From a virus, in IMG/VR virus record IMGVR_UViG_3300045988_053235, positions 1 to 42,798 of that record: a DNA stretch of 42,798 nt, one strand, 5' to 3'. The translations under genes and the position numbers were made by a program. Under the pieces are notes generated by a model. The model searched no databases. It was given only the letters and a program-made list of their open reading frames with translations, and was not told the origin of the DNA. Shown here piece after piece: positions 31,920-39,852 of the stretch; the first letter of the stretch is position 1, and each line of letters opens with the position of its first letter.

Positions 31920-32362
31920 GGTTTTTCCCTCTTGCTTTCCAAAAAATCAATATAGCGTAAAATCTCCGTCAATTCCTCCGCAGATGCGGAGCGGATAAAC
32001 TGTGCGATTTTATCGTCCACACCCTCGGTCTTCGGATCGGGGGCTTCTTTTTTCCCCTCGGACTCGACCAGCTTCCGTACCGTCTCAATATCTTTTAAGC
32101 ACTTTTCGGTTTCTTCCGGGGTCTTTCCCTCGTGCAGGAGGATGTCATCGGGGGAGACGTTGAGCGTTAAACACATTTGCACAGCAAGTTCTTTTGATGG
32201 CAAATTCAAATTTTTGCTTCTGCGTAAGTCAGATACCCATCTATTGTTTTTCCCAAATTTTCGAGAAAACGAAGCTTCACTAATATCTTTTCTTTTGCAA
32301 TAAGCCTCGATAAATTTAACGCAATTATTACCGAGAGTAACGCTATTTAATGTTTTCGGCAT
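31916..32362 (-). CDS. XRE-family HTH protein, probable CI-type repressor
   Basis: HTH region ISEASFSRKFGKNNRWVSDLRRSKN. Lies in the operon divergent from the Cro-like gene. Confidence 0.7.
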   Translation of the reverse strand: MPKTLNSVTLGNNCVKFIEAYCKRKDISEASFSRKFGKNNRWVSDLRRSKNLNLPSKELAVQMCLTLNVSPDDILLHEGKTPEETEKCLKDIETVRKLVESEGKKEAPDPKTEGVDDKIAQFIRSASAEELTEILRYIDFLESKREKP

Positions 32363-32373
32363 ATTAAATTCCT

Positions 32374-33039
32374 TTAAATTATATCTATTCCGTATAATGC
32401 CGCTTGGGCTAATATTTTTTGATAGGCTTTAGAATTAGAGTTTTTCATTCTGGAGTATCCAGATAATGATTTTGGGCACAACGCAGGAAGATATTCTTGC
32501 AATCGATAATATTCATGTCGGATAGAACGCTTTCTAATTCGTTCTTCTTCCATTTCTTTAATTAAGCGCTTCCATTTAAAATATGCAAATACGTTTGGGA
32601 AATCTCTTATAGAGAGATGCGGGTATATTCCAACTTTTTGAAAATAGGAATCAACTCGCGCTTCTTCTTCCCATGCTTGCTTATGTGCACCTAAATTGTG
32701 CAAATGCGTTATGTCAGATATGTAAGCATCGTACTTCCAAATCATATCTGATATAAACATTAAGCTATGTGCTTTTCTTACACATTCTACGGCAAGTGCA
32801 ATATTTTTCTCTTTGTAGTATTTTGCGAAGCACTGACCGCGCAAGTAATATTCTACACGGCCTGTAGGGGAATCCCCGTTTACCTCTGTACATGGGACAG
32901 GAATATTTCTTATCCCATCAACGGTTGAAAAATCATAAAAGCTTCTCAATCTAACGACCTCTTGTTCTCTTATTTGAGAATAAGCGTCGTTTTTTTCTTC
33001 GAGCGTTTTAGATCCGTCATCAAAAATATTGTAAGCCAT
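32374..33039 (-). CDS. Hypothetical protein (221 aa), first gene of the AT-rich cassette
   Basis: Long clean ORF in a strongly AT-rich segment. I recognise no family. Confidence 0.7.
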   Translation of the reverse strand: MAYNIFDDGSKTLEEKNDAYSQIREQEVVRLRSFYDFSTVDGIRNIPVPCTEVNGDSPTGRVEYYLRGQCFAKYYKEKNIALAVECVRKAHSLMFISDMIWKYDAYISDITHLHNLGAHKQAWEEEARVDSYFQKVGIYPHLSIRDFPNVFAYFKWKRLIKEMEEERIRKRSIRHEYYRLQEYLPALCPKSLSGYSRMKNSNSKAYQKILAQAALYGIDII

Positions 33040-33116
33040 ACTTTAATAATAACTGCCAAATCCAACGACATGTGTTTGTCCATTCTGCTAAATCCTACAT
33101 TTTGTTGTCAAAGGCG

Positions 33117-33145
33117 TTGACATCCACCGTTATGTAGGCTATAAT
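33117..33145 (+). promoter_or_regulatory. Consensus sigma-A promoter (early rightward)
   Basis: TTGACA (33117-33122), exactly 17 nt, then TATAAT (33140-33145). Confidence 0.7.
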
Positions 33146-33272
33146 AGCCTTACAGAACTTAATCAAGGCAACAAAAACCAAGCCCCCAACGGATTTTCCG
33201 TTTTTGCGGACTTATAACCGATATTTTGTTGGCTGACACTTACATAATAGCGGTGTTGGTTGCGTTTGTCAA

Positions 33273-33293
33273 TATAAAGTTCTGAACTTTATA
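33273..33293. promoter_or_regulatory. 21-bp palindrome, candidate operator
   Basis: TATAAAGTTC-T-GAACTTTATA, immediately upstream of the Cro-like RBS. Confidence 0.5.
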
Positions 33294-33308
33294 AGGAGGG
33301 GAGAACGC

Positions 33309-33533
33309 TTGGAATTAAAGGCAATCCGAGAAAATGCCGGTTTGCGGCAGGAAGACGTAGCGAAGAAGCTGCGTGTAAGAGTTTCCGCGGTGTCGAACTG
33401 GGAACGCGGTGTGAATGGTATCGCAAGCAAGTACATTAGATCGCTGACCAGATTGTACGGCGTGACCGAAACGGAAATCAGAGCGGCATCGGAAGCCGCG
33501 CAGGCCGCAAGGGCGGGCAAGGAGGGCAAATGA
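33309..33533 (+). CDS. Cro-like XRE HTH protein
   Basis: TTG start after AGGAGGGG. Sequence LRQEDVAKKLRVRVSAVSNWERGVNG. Confidence 0.75.
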   Translation: MELKAIRENAGLRQEDVAKKLRVRVSAVSNWERGVNGIASKYIRSLTRLYGVTETEIRAASEAAQAARAGKEGK

Positions 33534-33724
33534 AACGATTTATTAAATTGTTTTTGCTTCTCTGTTCATGGGCTCTGGTCGCTATTGTAGCCGCCACTAT
33601 TTTAATGCTTGTTTCAGCGTGGATTGCAGGATCGACGGAAAGCGTTTTGTTTAGCGCCGTTTTTTGGGTCTTGGTCATTTTGGTTTGCGCTGCGATTTTG
33701 GCGATAAGCGGGGCGGACATATGA
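33530..33724 (+). CDS. Small 2-TM membrane protein
   Basis: ATGA overlap. Almost entirely hydrophobic. Confidence 0.6.
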   Translation: MKRFIKLFLLLCSWALVAIVAATILMLVSAWIAGSTESVLFSAVFWVLVILVCAAILAISGADI

Positions 33725-34086
33725 AGGCAATAAAAAATGCCCCGCCCAATGTTGCAACATCGGGCAGGGCGGCGGAACAAATCTCACCACAAGATATTGT
33801 GTCCGTGCTTATTGTAGCACGGAAGAAAGGAAAAGGCAAGATGCTAAAGCCACAACAGTTAACGCGACGGCGAAATGACCTTGAGCGAGCCGTGCGCGGC
33901 GCGATGGGACGGGCGTTGATTCGCACCGGCAAGGAGCTGGGCGAGGAAATCGGACTATCGGAAACGCAAATCTGTAACAGAATGGCGGGGCGTTCCCGCT
34001 GGACGTTAGATGAAATTTGGGAGCTTGACCGAGTTTTGCAATTTACGGACGCGGAAAAGCTCATGCTAATCGGAGGCGCGAAATGA
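33721..34086 (+). CDS. Putative DNA-binding protein (start uncertain)
   Basis: HTH-like segment EEIGLSETQICNRMAGRSRWTLDEIWELDRVL. An alternative start exists at 33841. Confidence 0.5.
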   Translation: MKAIKNAPPNVATSGRAAEQISPQDIVSVLIVARKKGKGKMLKPQQLTRRRNDLERAVRGAMGRALIRTGKELGEEIGLSETQICNRMAGRSRWTLDEIWELDRVLQFTDAEKLMLIGGAK

Positions 34087-34238
34087 CTGACACACTGATT
34101 TTCGGCAGCATCGCCGCTACGGTGATCGTGTTCAACGGCTGCAACTTCACCACGAGCCTTGCCGTCATCGGCGTGTGCGCGGTGGGCGAGGTGCTGTATG
34201 ATCTGCTGCCGTATATCGACAGGGGGTGCAGACGATGA
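34083..34238 (+). CDS. Tiny membrane protein (51 aa)
   Basis: Overlaps the upstream stop. Hydrophobic. Below the ORF-track cutoff. Confidence 0.4.
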   Translation: MTDTLIFGSIAATVIVFNGCNFTTSLAVIGVCAVGEVLYDLLPYIDRGCRR

Positions 34239-34351
34239 GACGGCACGACAAGCGCACGAGAGAGCAGCGCAAGGCGGACGAGGCGATGCTTTTTGCCGGT
34301 ATCTGCCTGCTGCTGGCGGCGGTGCTCATCGCGGTCTCGGCGATGATGTGA
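34235..34351 (+). CDS. Tiny basic/TM protein (38 aa)
   Basis: ATGA overlap. Encodes MRRHDKRTREQRKADEAMLFAGICLLLAAVLIAVSAMM. Confidence 0.35.
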   Translation: MRRHDKRTREQRKADEAMLFAGICLLLAAVLIAVSAMM

Positions 34352-34551
34352 TGTACATTTGCGAATGGTGCGGGCTGACCTTTGACATGCCCGACGTCTT
34401 ACGCAGGCGCGAGAACCTTGACGGTGAGCGCGGCGTGGAGACGCAAACGATACTATGCTGCCCCTTCTGCGGGGTGGAAGACATCGAGGTAAAAAAAGAT
34501 GAAGATGCAGAAGATATCGACGCGCGGGATGAGCCGCGAGGAGTGGCTTAA
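34351..34551 (+). CDS. Zinc-ribbon protein (66 aa)
   Basis: TGATG coupling. Contains CEWC...CPFC. Confidence 0.55.
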   Translation: MYICEWCGLTFDMPDVLRRRENLDGERGVETQTILCCPFCGVEDIEVKKDEDAEDIDARDEPRGVA

Positions 34552-35485
34552 AGAGCGCAAGAAGAGCCTCGGCGGCAGCGACATGGGCGCGGTGCTGGGT
34601 CTGAATAAATACCGTTCGCCCTACACGGTGTGGGCGGAGAAGACCGGCAGGATCGGCGAAGAGCCGGAAAACGAGGCGATGAGGCAGGGGCGAGACCTCG
34701 AGCAGTATGTCGCGAGCCGCTTTGAAGAAGCGAGCCGCCTGCCGGTGCGCCGGATGAACTACATCCTGCGCAATGGGGGCTGCCCGTGCCTGCACGCGAA
34801 CATCGACCGCAGGGTCATCGGGCGAGACGCTGGCCTTGAATGCAAGACCGCGAATGCACTGAACATGAAGCGCTACGCGGGCGGTGAGTTCCCTGCGAGC
34901 TATTACGCACAGTGCGTGACGTATCTTGCCGTGACCGGCTGGCAACGCTGGTATCTGGCGGCGCTGGTGCTGGGCAAGGGATTCTATTGCTACCAGATCA
35001 CGACCGTCCCCGACGATGACGCGCCGGAATGGTGCGAGAGCAGCGTGTATGTCAGCCCGGAAGAGATCGAGGCTCTGAAGCGCTGCGCCGCGGATTTCTG
35101 GCACGACTACGTGGAGACTGACAGCCCGCCGCCGATGGACGGTGACGCGAGCACGACTGAGGCGCTTGAAAGCATCTACGAGGGCGGCGGCGGTGACGTG
35201 GAGCTGTTCGGGCGCGAAAGCCTTGTTGAGCAGTACCAGTCCTTGATGAGCCGCAAGAAAGCCATCGAGAAGGACGCGGACGCCATCAAGCAGCAGCTGA
35301 TGAACGACCTCGGCGACAACGAGCGCGGCTACTGCGGGCGATTCACGGTCGACTGGAAGGGGCAGAGCCGTGCGACGTTTGATGCAAAAGCATTTGCCAA
35401 GGATCACCCCGAAATGGATTTGAGCGGCTACTACAAAACGACAAATTTCCGCAAATTTGCGGTGAAGGAGGACAAAGAAAGATGA
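34499..35485 (+). CDS. YqaJ-like recombination exonuclease
   Basis: Sequence EEWLKERKKSLGGSDMGAVLGLNKYRSPYTVWAEKTG is the YqaJ N-terminal signature. Paired with RecT. Confidence 0.88.
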   Translation: MKMQKISTRGMSREEWLKERKKSLGGSDMGAVLGLNKYRSPYTVWAEKTGRIGEEPENEAMRQGRDLEQYVASRFEEASRLPVRRMNYILRNGGCPCLHANIDRRVIGRDAGLECKTANALNMKRYAGGEFPASYYAQCVTYLAVTGWQRWYLAALVLGKGFYCYQITTVPDDDAPEWCESSVYVSPEEIEALKRCAADFWHDYVETDSPPPMDGDASTTEALESIYEGGGGDVELFGRESLVEQYQSLMSRKKAIEKDADAIKQQLMNDLGDNERGYCGRFTVDWKGQSRATFDAKAFAKDHPEMDLSGYYKTTNFRKFAVKEDKER

Positions 35486-36300
35486 AGGAAGGATTGATTC
35501 AGAACGCGCAGGGTGCGCAGGCCGTAAAGAAAGGCAATCCCACGATGCAGCAGTACATCAAGCAGATGGAGGGTGAGATCGCCAAGGCGCTGCCGAGCGT
35601 CATCACGCCGGAGCGCTTCACGCGCATCACGCTTTCTGCGTTGAGCGCAAACAAGCAGCTCGCGCAGACCACGCCGCAAAGCTTCCTCGGCGCGATGATG
35701 ACGGCGGCACAGCTCGGCATGGAGCCGAACACGCCGCTCGGGCAGGCGTACCTGATTCCGTACCGCAACCATGGTCAACTGGAATGTCAATTCCAACTGG
35801 GGTATAAGGGGCTTATTGACCTTGCGTACCGCAGCGGTGAGGTCAGCATCATTCAAGCGCAGGTCGTTTACGAAAACGACGAGTTTGAATATTCCTTCGG
35901 CCTTGAGCCGAAGCTCAACCACAAGCCCGCCTGCGGCGAGCGCGGCGAGCCGAAGTTCATCTACGCGATGTTCCGCACAAAGGACGGCGGCTTTGGCTAT
36001 GACGTGATGAGCGTTGAGGACGTTCGCAACCACGCGAAGCGCTTTTCCAAGGCCTACAGCAACGGGCCGTGGCAAACGAATTTCGAGGAGATGGCGAAGA
36101 AGACTGTGCTCAAGCGCGTGCTCAAGTATGCGCCGCTTAAGAGTGACTTTGTTCGCGCGGTGGCGCAGGACGAGACCATCAAAACGAAGATCAGCGAGGA
36201 CATGTATTCTGTGAGCGATGACACGGTCATCGAGGCGGAGAACTTCACCGTGGACGATACGACCGGCGAGGTCATCGAAAGCGACGGTGACACACAGTGA
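35482..36300 (+). CDS. recT: RecT single-strand annealing protein
   Basis: Sequence TPQSFLGAMMTAAQLGMEPNTPLGQAYLIPY...FQLGYKGLIDLAYRSG. Confidence 0.9.
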   Translation: MKEGLIQNAQGAQAVKKGNPTMQQYIKQMEGEIAKALPSVITPERFTRITLSALSANKQLAQTTPQSFLGAMMTAAQLGMEPNTPLGQAYLIPYRNHGQLECQFQLGYKGLIDLAYRSGEVSIIQAQVVYENDEFEYSFGLEPKLNHKPACGERGEPKFIYAMFRTKDGGFGYDVMSVEDVRNHAKRFSKAYSNGPWQTNFEEMAKKTVLKRVLKYAPLKSDFVRAVAQDETIKTKISEDMYSVSDDTVIEAENFTVDDTTGEVIESDGDTQ

Positions 36301-36302
36301 GC

Positions 36303-36707
36303 ATGAACCGCGTGTGCCTGATGGGACGCATCGGGCGTGACTTGGAGCTGAAAAAGACGAACAGCGGGGTATCCGTTGTGTCGTTCCCTCTTGCCGTTGA
36401 TCGCAACGGCAAAGAGGGCGGCACGGACTGGATCGACGTTGTCGCATGGCGCGGCACGGCAGAAGTGCTCTGCAACTACGCCGGACGCGGGCGGTTGATC
36501 GCCGTCGAGGGGCGCTTGCAGATGCGCGACTGGACGGACAAGAACGGAAATAAGCGCAGGAGCTACGAGGTGCAGGTTGACAGCGTGTATTTCGCGGACA
36601 ACAGGCGCTCGGAGGATAACAACACCGCCGCACCGCAATACGCCACAGAGAGCGCCGCAGGAGGCTTTGCAGAGGTCAGCGAGGACGACGGCGAGCTGCC
36701 GTTTTAA
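36303..36707 (+). CDS. ssb: Single-stranded DNA-binding protein
   Basis: Sequence MNRVCLMGRIGRDLELKKT...DWIDVVAWRGTAE...AVEGRLQMRDW, with acidic tail DDGELPF. Confidence 0.9.
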   Translation: MNRVCLMGRIGRDLELKKTNSGVSVVSFPLAVDRNGKEGGTDWIDVVAWRGTAEVLCNYAGRGRLIAVEGRLQMRDWTDKNGNKRRSYEVQVDSVYFADNRRSEDNNTAAPQYATESAAGGFAEVSEDDGELPF

Positions 36708-36719
36708 GGCGGTGGGCAG

Positions 36720-37469
36720 ATGCCGAATAGAATCATCAAAGAGAGTTTATGCTCAAGCGAGAAAATAGCATCGCTTTCGGATTTCGAGTTTCGGCTATGG
36801 GTTGGATTGATTACGCAAGTAGATGATGCTGGGCGCGGAGATGCCCGCCCAGCGATTATAAAAGGACGAGTTTTCCCGTTCAGGGAAAGGCTATCCATCA
36901 AAGACATCGATGCTGCGCTCCAAGCTTTGGCGGCAAAAGGCTGCGTTTCCCTCTATACGGTAGACGGGAAGCCCTACTTTTTGTTCCCCGGGTGGGTCAA
37001 GCATCAACGTGTCAGAGATTGCAAGCCGAAATATCCCGAACCGCCGGAAAATCTCAATCTGCCGCAATCTGCGGCGAGTTGCGGCGAGCTGCCGCAATCT
37101 GCGGCCTTAATCCAATCCGAATCCGAATCCAATCCGAATCCAGAATCCAATCCGAAAGAATATTGCGCTGAGCCGCAAGCGGCTGACGCGCCGCCGGTGA
37201 TTTCTTTGCCACTGAATGACGGGACTTTTTTCGACGTGTCGGAGAACGACAGGGCCAAATGGTCGCAGCTCTATCCGAGCGTTGACGTTATGCAACAGCT
37301 CAGAAACATGGCGGGGTGGTGCGATGCAAACCCTGCAAAGCGCAAAACTCGCGGAGGGATTAAGCGTTTCATCACCGCTTGGCTTGCCAGAGAGCAGGAT
37401 AAGGGAGGCAAAGCACCGCAGAATAGGCCGTTTGTCTACGACTACGGCAACACGGAGGGAAGCCTATGA
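36720..37469 (+). CDS. Replisome organiser / replication initiator (DnaD-like N-terminal region)
   Basis: Sequence SDFEFRLWVGLITQVDDAGRGDARPAIIKGRVFP, internal DNA repeats, and a position upstream of the helicase loader. Confidence 0.75.
   Translation: MPNRIIKESLCSSEKIASLSDFEFRLWVGLITQVDDAGRGDARPAIIKGRVFPFRERLSIKDIDAALQALAAKGCVSLYTVDGKPYFLFPGWVKHQRVRDCKPKYPEPPENLNLPQSAASCGELPQSAALIQSESESNPNPESNPKEYCAEPQAADAPPVISLPLNDGTFFDVSENDRAKWSQLYPSVDVMQQLRNMAGWCDANPAKRKTRGGIKRFITAWLAREQDKGGKAPQNRPFVYDYGNTEGSL
37059..37156. repeat. Candidate origin iterons inside the replisome organiser gene
   Basis: CTGCCGCAATCTGCGGC occurs twice (37059-37075, 37089-37105). GCGGCGAG occurs twice. About 8 tandem AATCC(G/A) units occupy 37108-37156. 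Confidence 0.6.
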
Positions 37470-38293
37470 ACGTTGACGCATTGATCGACAGCATCGCGAA
37501 AAAGGCCGAGCTTGTTCGTGATCTGGTCGACTACGAGAAAGACGGGCTGCTGTACTGCGGCCATTGCAACACGCCGAAGCAGTGCCGCATCCCCATCGGC
37601 GGGAATGTCCGCCTTGTCGGGTGCCAGTGTGCTTGCGCGGCGCGAGAGTACGAGGCCGAGAAAAAAGCTCGCGCTGACCGCGAAAAGCGACTGCGCATCG
37701 AAACGCTGCGTGCTGACGGAATTCGCGACAAGAGCCTGACGGCGTGCCGGTTCGACAAGGCGACGATGAGTGACGAGATCGTCAAATGCAAGCGCTATGC
37801 CGACGCATGGGACGATATGCGGCGCGAGAACAATGGGCTTCTGCTGTGGGGCAACACCGGCAACGGCAAGACCTTCGCGGCGGCGTGCATCGCCAACGAG
37901 CTGATTGATCGCGGAATTCCGGCGATGATTACGAGCTTTCCGCGCATCCTCAACGCTGGATACGACAAGCAGGAGATCATCGCGCAGGTGCGATATTACC
38001 CGTTGTTGGTAATTGACGATCTCGGCGCAGAGCGCAGCAGTGAGTATGCGATGGAAACGGTTTACACGGTCATTGACGAGCGATACAAGGCCAAAAAGCC
38101 GCTGATTGTTACGACTAACCTGACGCTGGACGAGCTGTGCAAGCCGAAAAACATGGACTATCAGCGCATCTATGATCGCGTGATCGAGATGTGCACGCCG
38201 CTTGTGTTCAAGGGCGACAACCTGCGACGCGAAAAGGCGAATAAGCGCCTGCGGTATGTCAAGTCGGTGTTGGAGGGCAGCAATGGGCATTGA
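37466..38293 (+). CDS. DnaC/IstB-like helicase loader ATPase
   Basis: Walker A is GNTGNGKT. Walker B is LLVIDDLG. ATGA-type coupling to the organiser gene. Confidence 0.88.
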   Translation: MNVDALIDSIAKKAELVRDLVDYEKDGLLYCGHCNTPKQCRIPIGGNVRLVGCQCACAAREYEAEKKARADREKRLRIETLRADGIRDKSLTACRFDKATMSDEIVKCKRYADAWDDMRRENNGLLLWGNTGNGKTFAAACIANELIDRGIPAMITSFPRILNAGYDKQEIIAQVRYYPLLVIDDLGAERSSEYAMETVYTVIDERYKAKKPLIVTTNLTLDELCKPKNMDYQRIYDRVIEMCTPLVFKGDNLRREKANKRLRYVKSVLEGSNGH

Positions 38294-38720
38294 TATTTCT
38301 CAGCTGGGCAAGGACGCTCAAGCCCAAGTCATGGCAAAGATGGCCGTGCAGGAAGTCAAGAAGCGCAGTAAGTACGGAAACCGCAAGGTCGTGTGCGATG
38401 GCATCAAGTTTGATTCCGAGCGTGAGGCGGCGCGGTTCGGCGAGCTGAAAGTGCTGCGATCGATGGGCAAGATTCGCGATTTGCGGCTGCAAGCGAATTT
38501 TACCCTCGTGGAGGGCTACACGACCATCGAGGGCGAGAGGATCAAGCCGATGGTCTACCGTGCGGATTTTACCTACGAGCGGGCAGCCGAGCCGGACCGC
38601 AACGGCACAGTGTATTGGCTGCGAGAGGTTGAGGACGCGAAGGGCATGAAAACGAAGAACTACCTGCTCAAAAAGAAGCTGATGCAGGACAAATACGGCA
38701 TCACGATCCGCGAGGTGTGA
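38283..38720 (+). CDS. DUF1064-like protein (putative nuclease / resolvase-like)
   Basis: Sequence KYGNRKVVCDGIKFDSEREAARFGELKVL...YRADFTY matches my memory of DUF1064. Confidence 0.7.
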   Translation: MGIDISQLGKDAQAQVMAKMAVQEVKKRSKYGNRKVVCDGIKFDSEREAARFGELKVLRSMGKIRDLRLQANFTLVEGYTTIEGERIKPMVYRADFTYERAAEPDRNGTVYWLREVEDAKGMKTKNYLLKKKLMQDKYGITIREV

Positions 38721-38721
38721 G

Positions 38722-38919
38722 ATGAGTTTTGAGCATTGCCACTTCTGAAAGCCGCCAACGCGGCACGTAGGCTGTCACAGCGATTGCCCGTACTACGCGG
38801 CGGATATCGCCGCGCGGAGTGCGGCGAAGGACGAAAAGCGCCGCCTGACGGACGCAAAATGCGACTGGCTGTGCGCGCGCCAATTCAAAACGCGGTGTGG
38901 CCAAAAGCTGAGAAAATAA
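38722..38919 (+). pseudogene. Small Cys-rich ORF interrupted by an in-frame TGA at codon 9 (nonsense, or candidate recoding)
   Basis: RBS GAGGTG, then ATG 38722. Encodes MSFEHCHF-TGA-KPPTRHVGCHSDCPYY...KCDWLCARQFKTRCGQKLRK-TAA. It fills an otherwise empty 214-nt gap. Confidence 0.35.
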
Positions 38920-38934
38920 AGGGAGCAAGAAAAG

Positions 38935-39381
38935 ATGTTGACAGAAAAAGAGCTGGGCGAACGGCTCAAAAACTTTCGCGAAGTGCGCCGCATCAGCCAG
39001 TTCCGGCTTGGCGAAATGGTGGAATGCGGGCAGGGGCATATCGGGAAGCTGGAAAAGGGAGAGCACTACCCGAAGCTGCCGACGTTGTACAAGATCAGCG
39101 AAGCGCTGAATATTTCCGTAAGTGATATTTTGGCGGAATCTCCGCCCTCAAAGGATGGGATGCTTTCACCGGAGGAAGTCGGCGCAAACATCCGCAAGTG
39201 GAGGACGCTGCGGGGGCTTGGCGTGAAGAAACTGGCGGAAAAGTCGGGCGTATCGCGCAACAGTATCCGAAACCTTGAGACCGGCAAGTGCATGAGCTTC
39301 CTGCTGACGTATCAGTACATTGCCGAAGCGCTGGGCGTGACCGTCGGGACGCTGCTCGGAGAGGTTCAGGAAAATGAGTGA
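38935..39381 (+). CDS. Tandem double-HTH XRE-family protein
   Basis: Two HTH_3-like units (LKNFREVRRISQFRLGEMVECGQGHIGKLEKGE and IRKWRTLRGLGVKKLAEKSGVSRNSIRNLETGK). Confidence 0.8.
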   Translation: MLTEKELGERLKNFREVRRISQFRLGEMVECGQGHIGKLEKGEHYPKLPTLYKISEALNISVSDILAESPPSKDGMLSPEEVGANIRKWRTLRGLGVKKLAEKSGVSRNSIRNLETGKCMSFLLTYQYIAEALGVTVGTLLGEVQENE

Positions 39382-39610
39382 GAACACGAACCACGTGCCG
39401 TTTAAGACGGTCGTATACCCGCGGCTCAGGGAAGCGTTGCAGGCATCCGGTATTACGCCGCCGGAGTTGAGCAAGAAGCTCGGAGTTTCACCGCTCTGCG
39501 TGTGGCGATGGACAACGGGGAAGAACGAATTCAGCATCGGCGTTATCAAGGCAATTCTTGCGGTGACGGGGCTGACATTTGAAGAGGCTTTCGGGGAGGT
39601 GCACGCATGA
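39374..39610 (+). CDS. Small HTH-like protein, paralog A
   Basis: Sequence YPRLREALQASGITPPELSKKLGVSPLCVWRWTTGK...LTFEEAFGE. Confidence 0.65.
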   Translation: MSENTNHVPFKTVVYPRLREALQASGITPPELSKKLGVSPLCVWRWTTGKNEFSIGVIKAILAVTGLTFEEAFGEVHA

Positions 39611-39852
39611 GCAAGATCATGAGACCGAAAACGCCATTTGAGTTCCGCGCTTATCCGGTGCTCAAGGAAGCACTGGAAAAGACGAACTACAATCAAACAG
39701 AACTGGCGCAATTCCTCGGCACATCGCAGTTTACGGTGTCGGCGTGGGTGCGAGGAGACCGCGATACAACGGTGCGGCTGCTGCTGGCGCTGGAAGACTT
39801 GACGGGACTGACGTTCCGGGAACTGTTTTGGGAATGCGAGGGGAGAAGATGA
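39607..39852 (+). CDS. Small HTH-like protein, paralog B
   Basis: Sequence YPVLKEALEKTNYNQTELAQFLGTSQFTVSAWVRGD...LTFRELFWE. Clearly a paralog of the preceding gene. Confidence 0.65.
   Translation: MSKIMRPKTPFEFRAYPVLKEALEKTNYNQTELAQFLGTSQFTVSAWVRGDRDTTVRLLLALEDLTGLTFRELFWECEGRR

Noticed and set aside
34061-36633. Very long minus-strand ORFs (34061-35407, 448 aa; 35431-36633, 400 aa; 36054-36638, 194 aa).
   Set aside because: They lie antisense to well-supported YqaJ, RecT and SSB genes. Their composition is Arg/Ala/His/Leu-rich junk and they have no RBS. They are the expected stop-poor antisense frames in GC-rich coding DNA.
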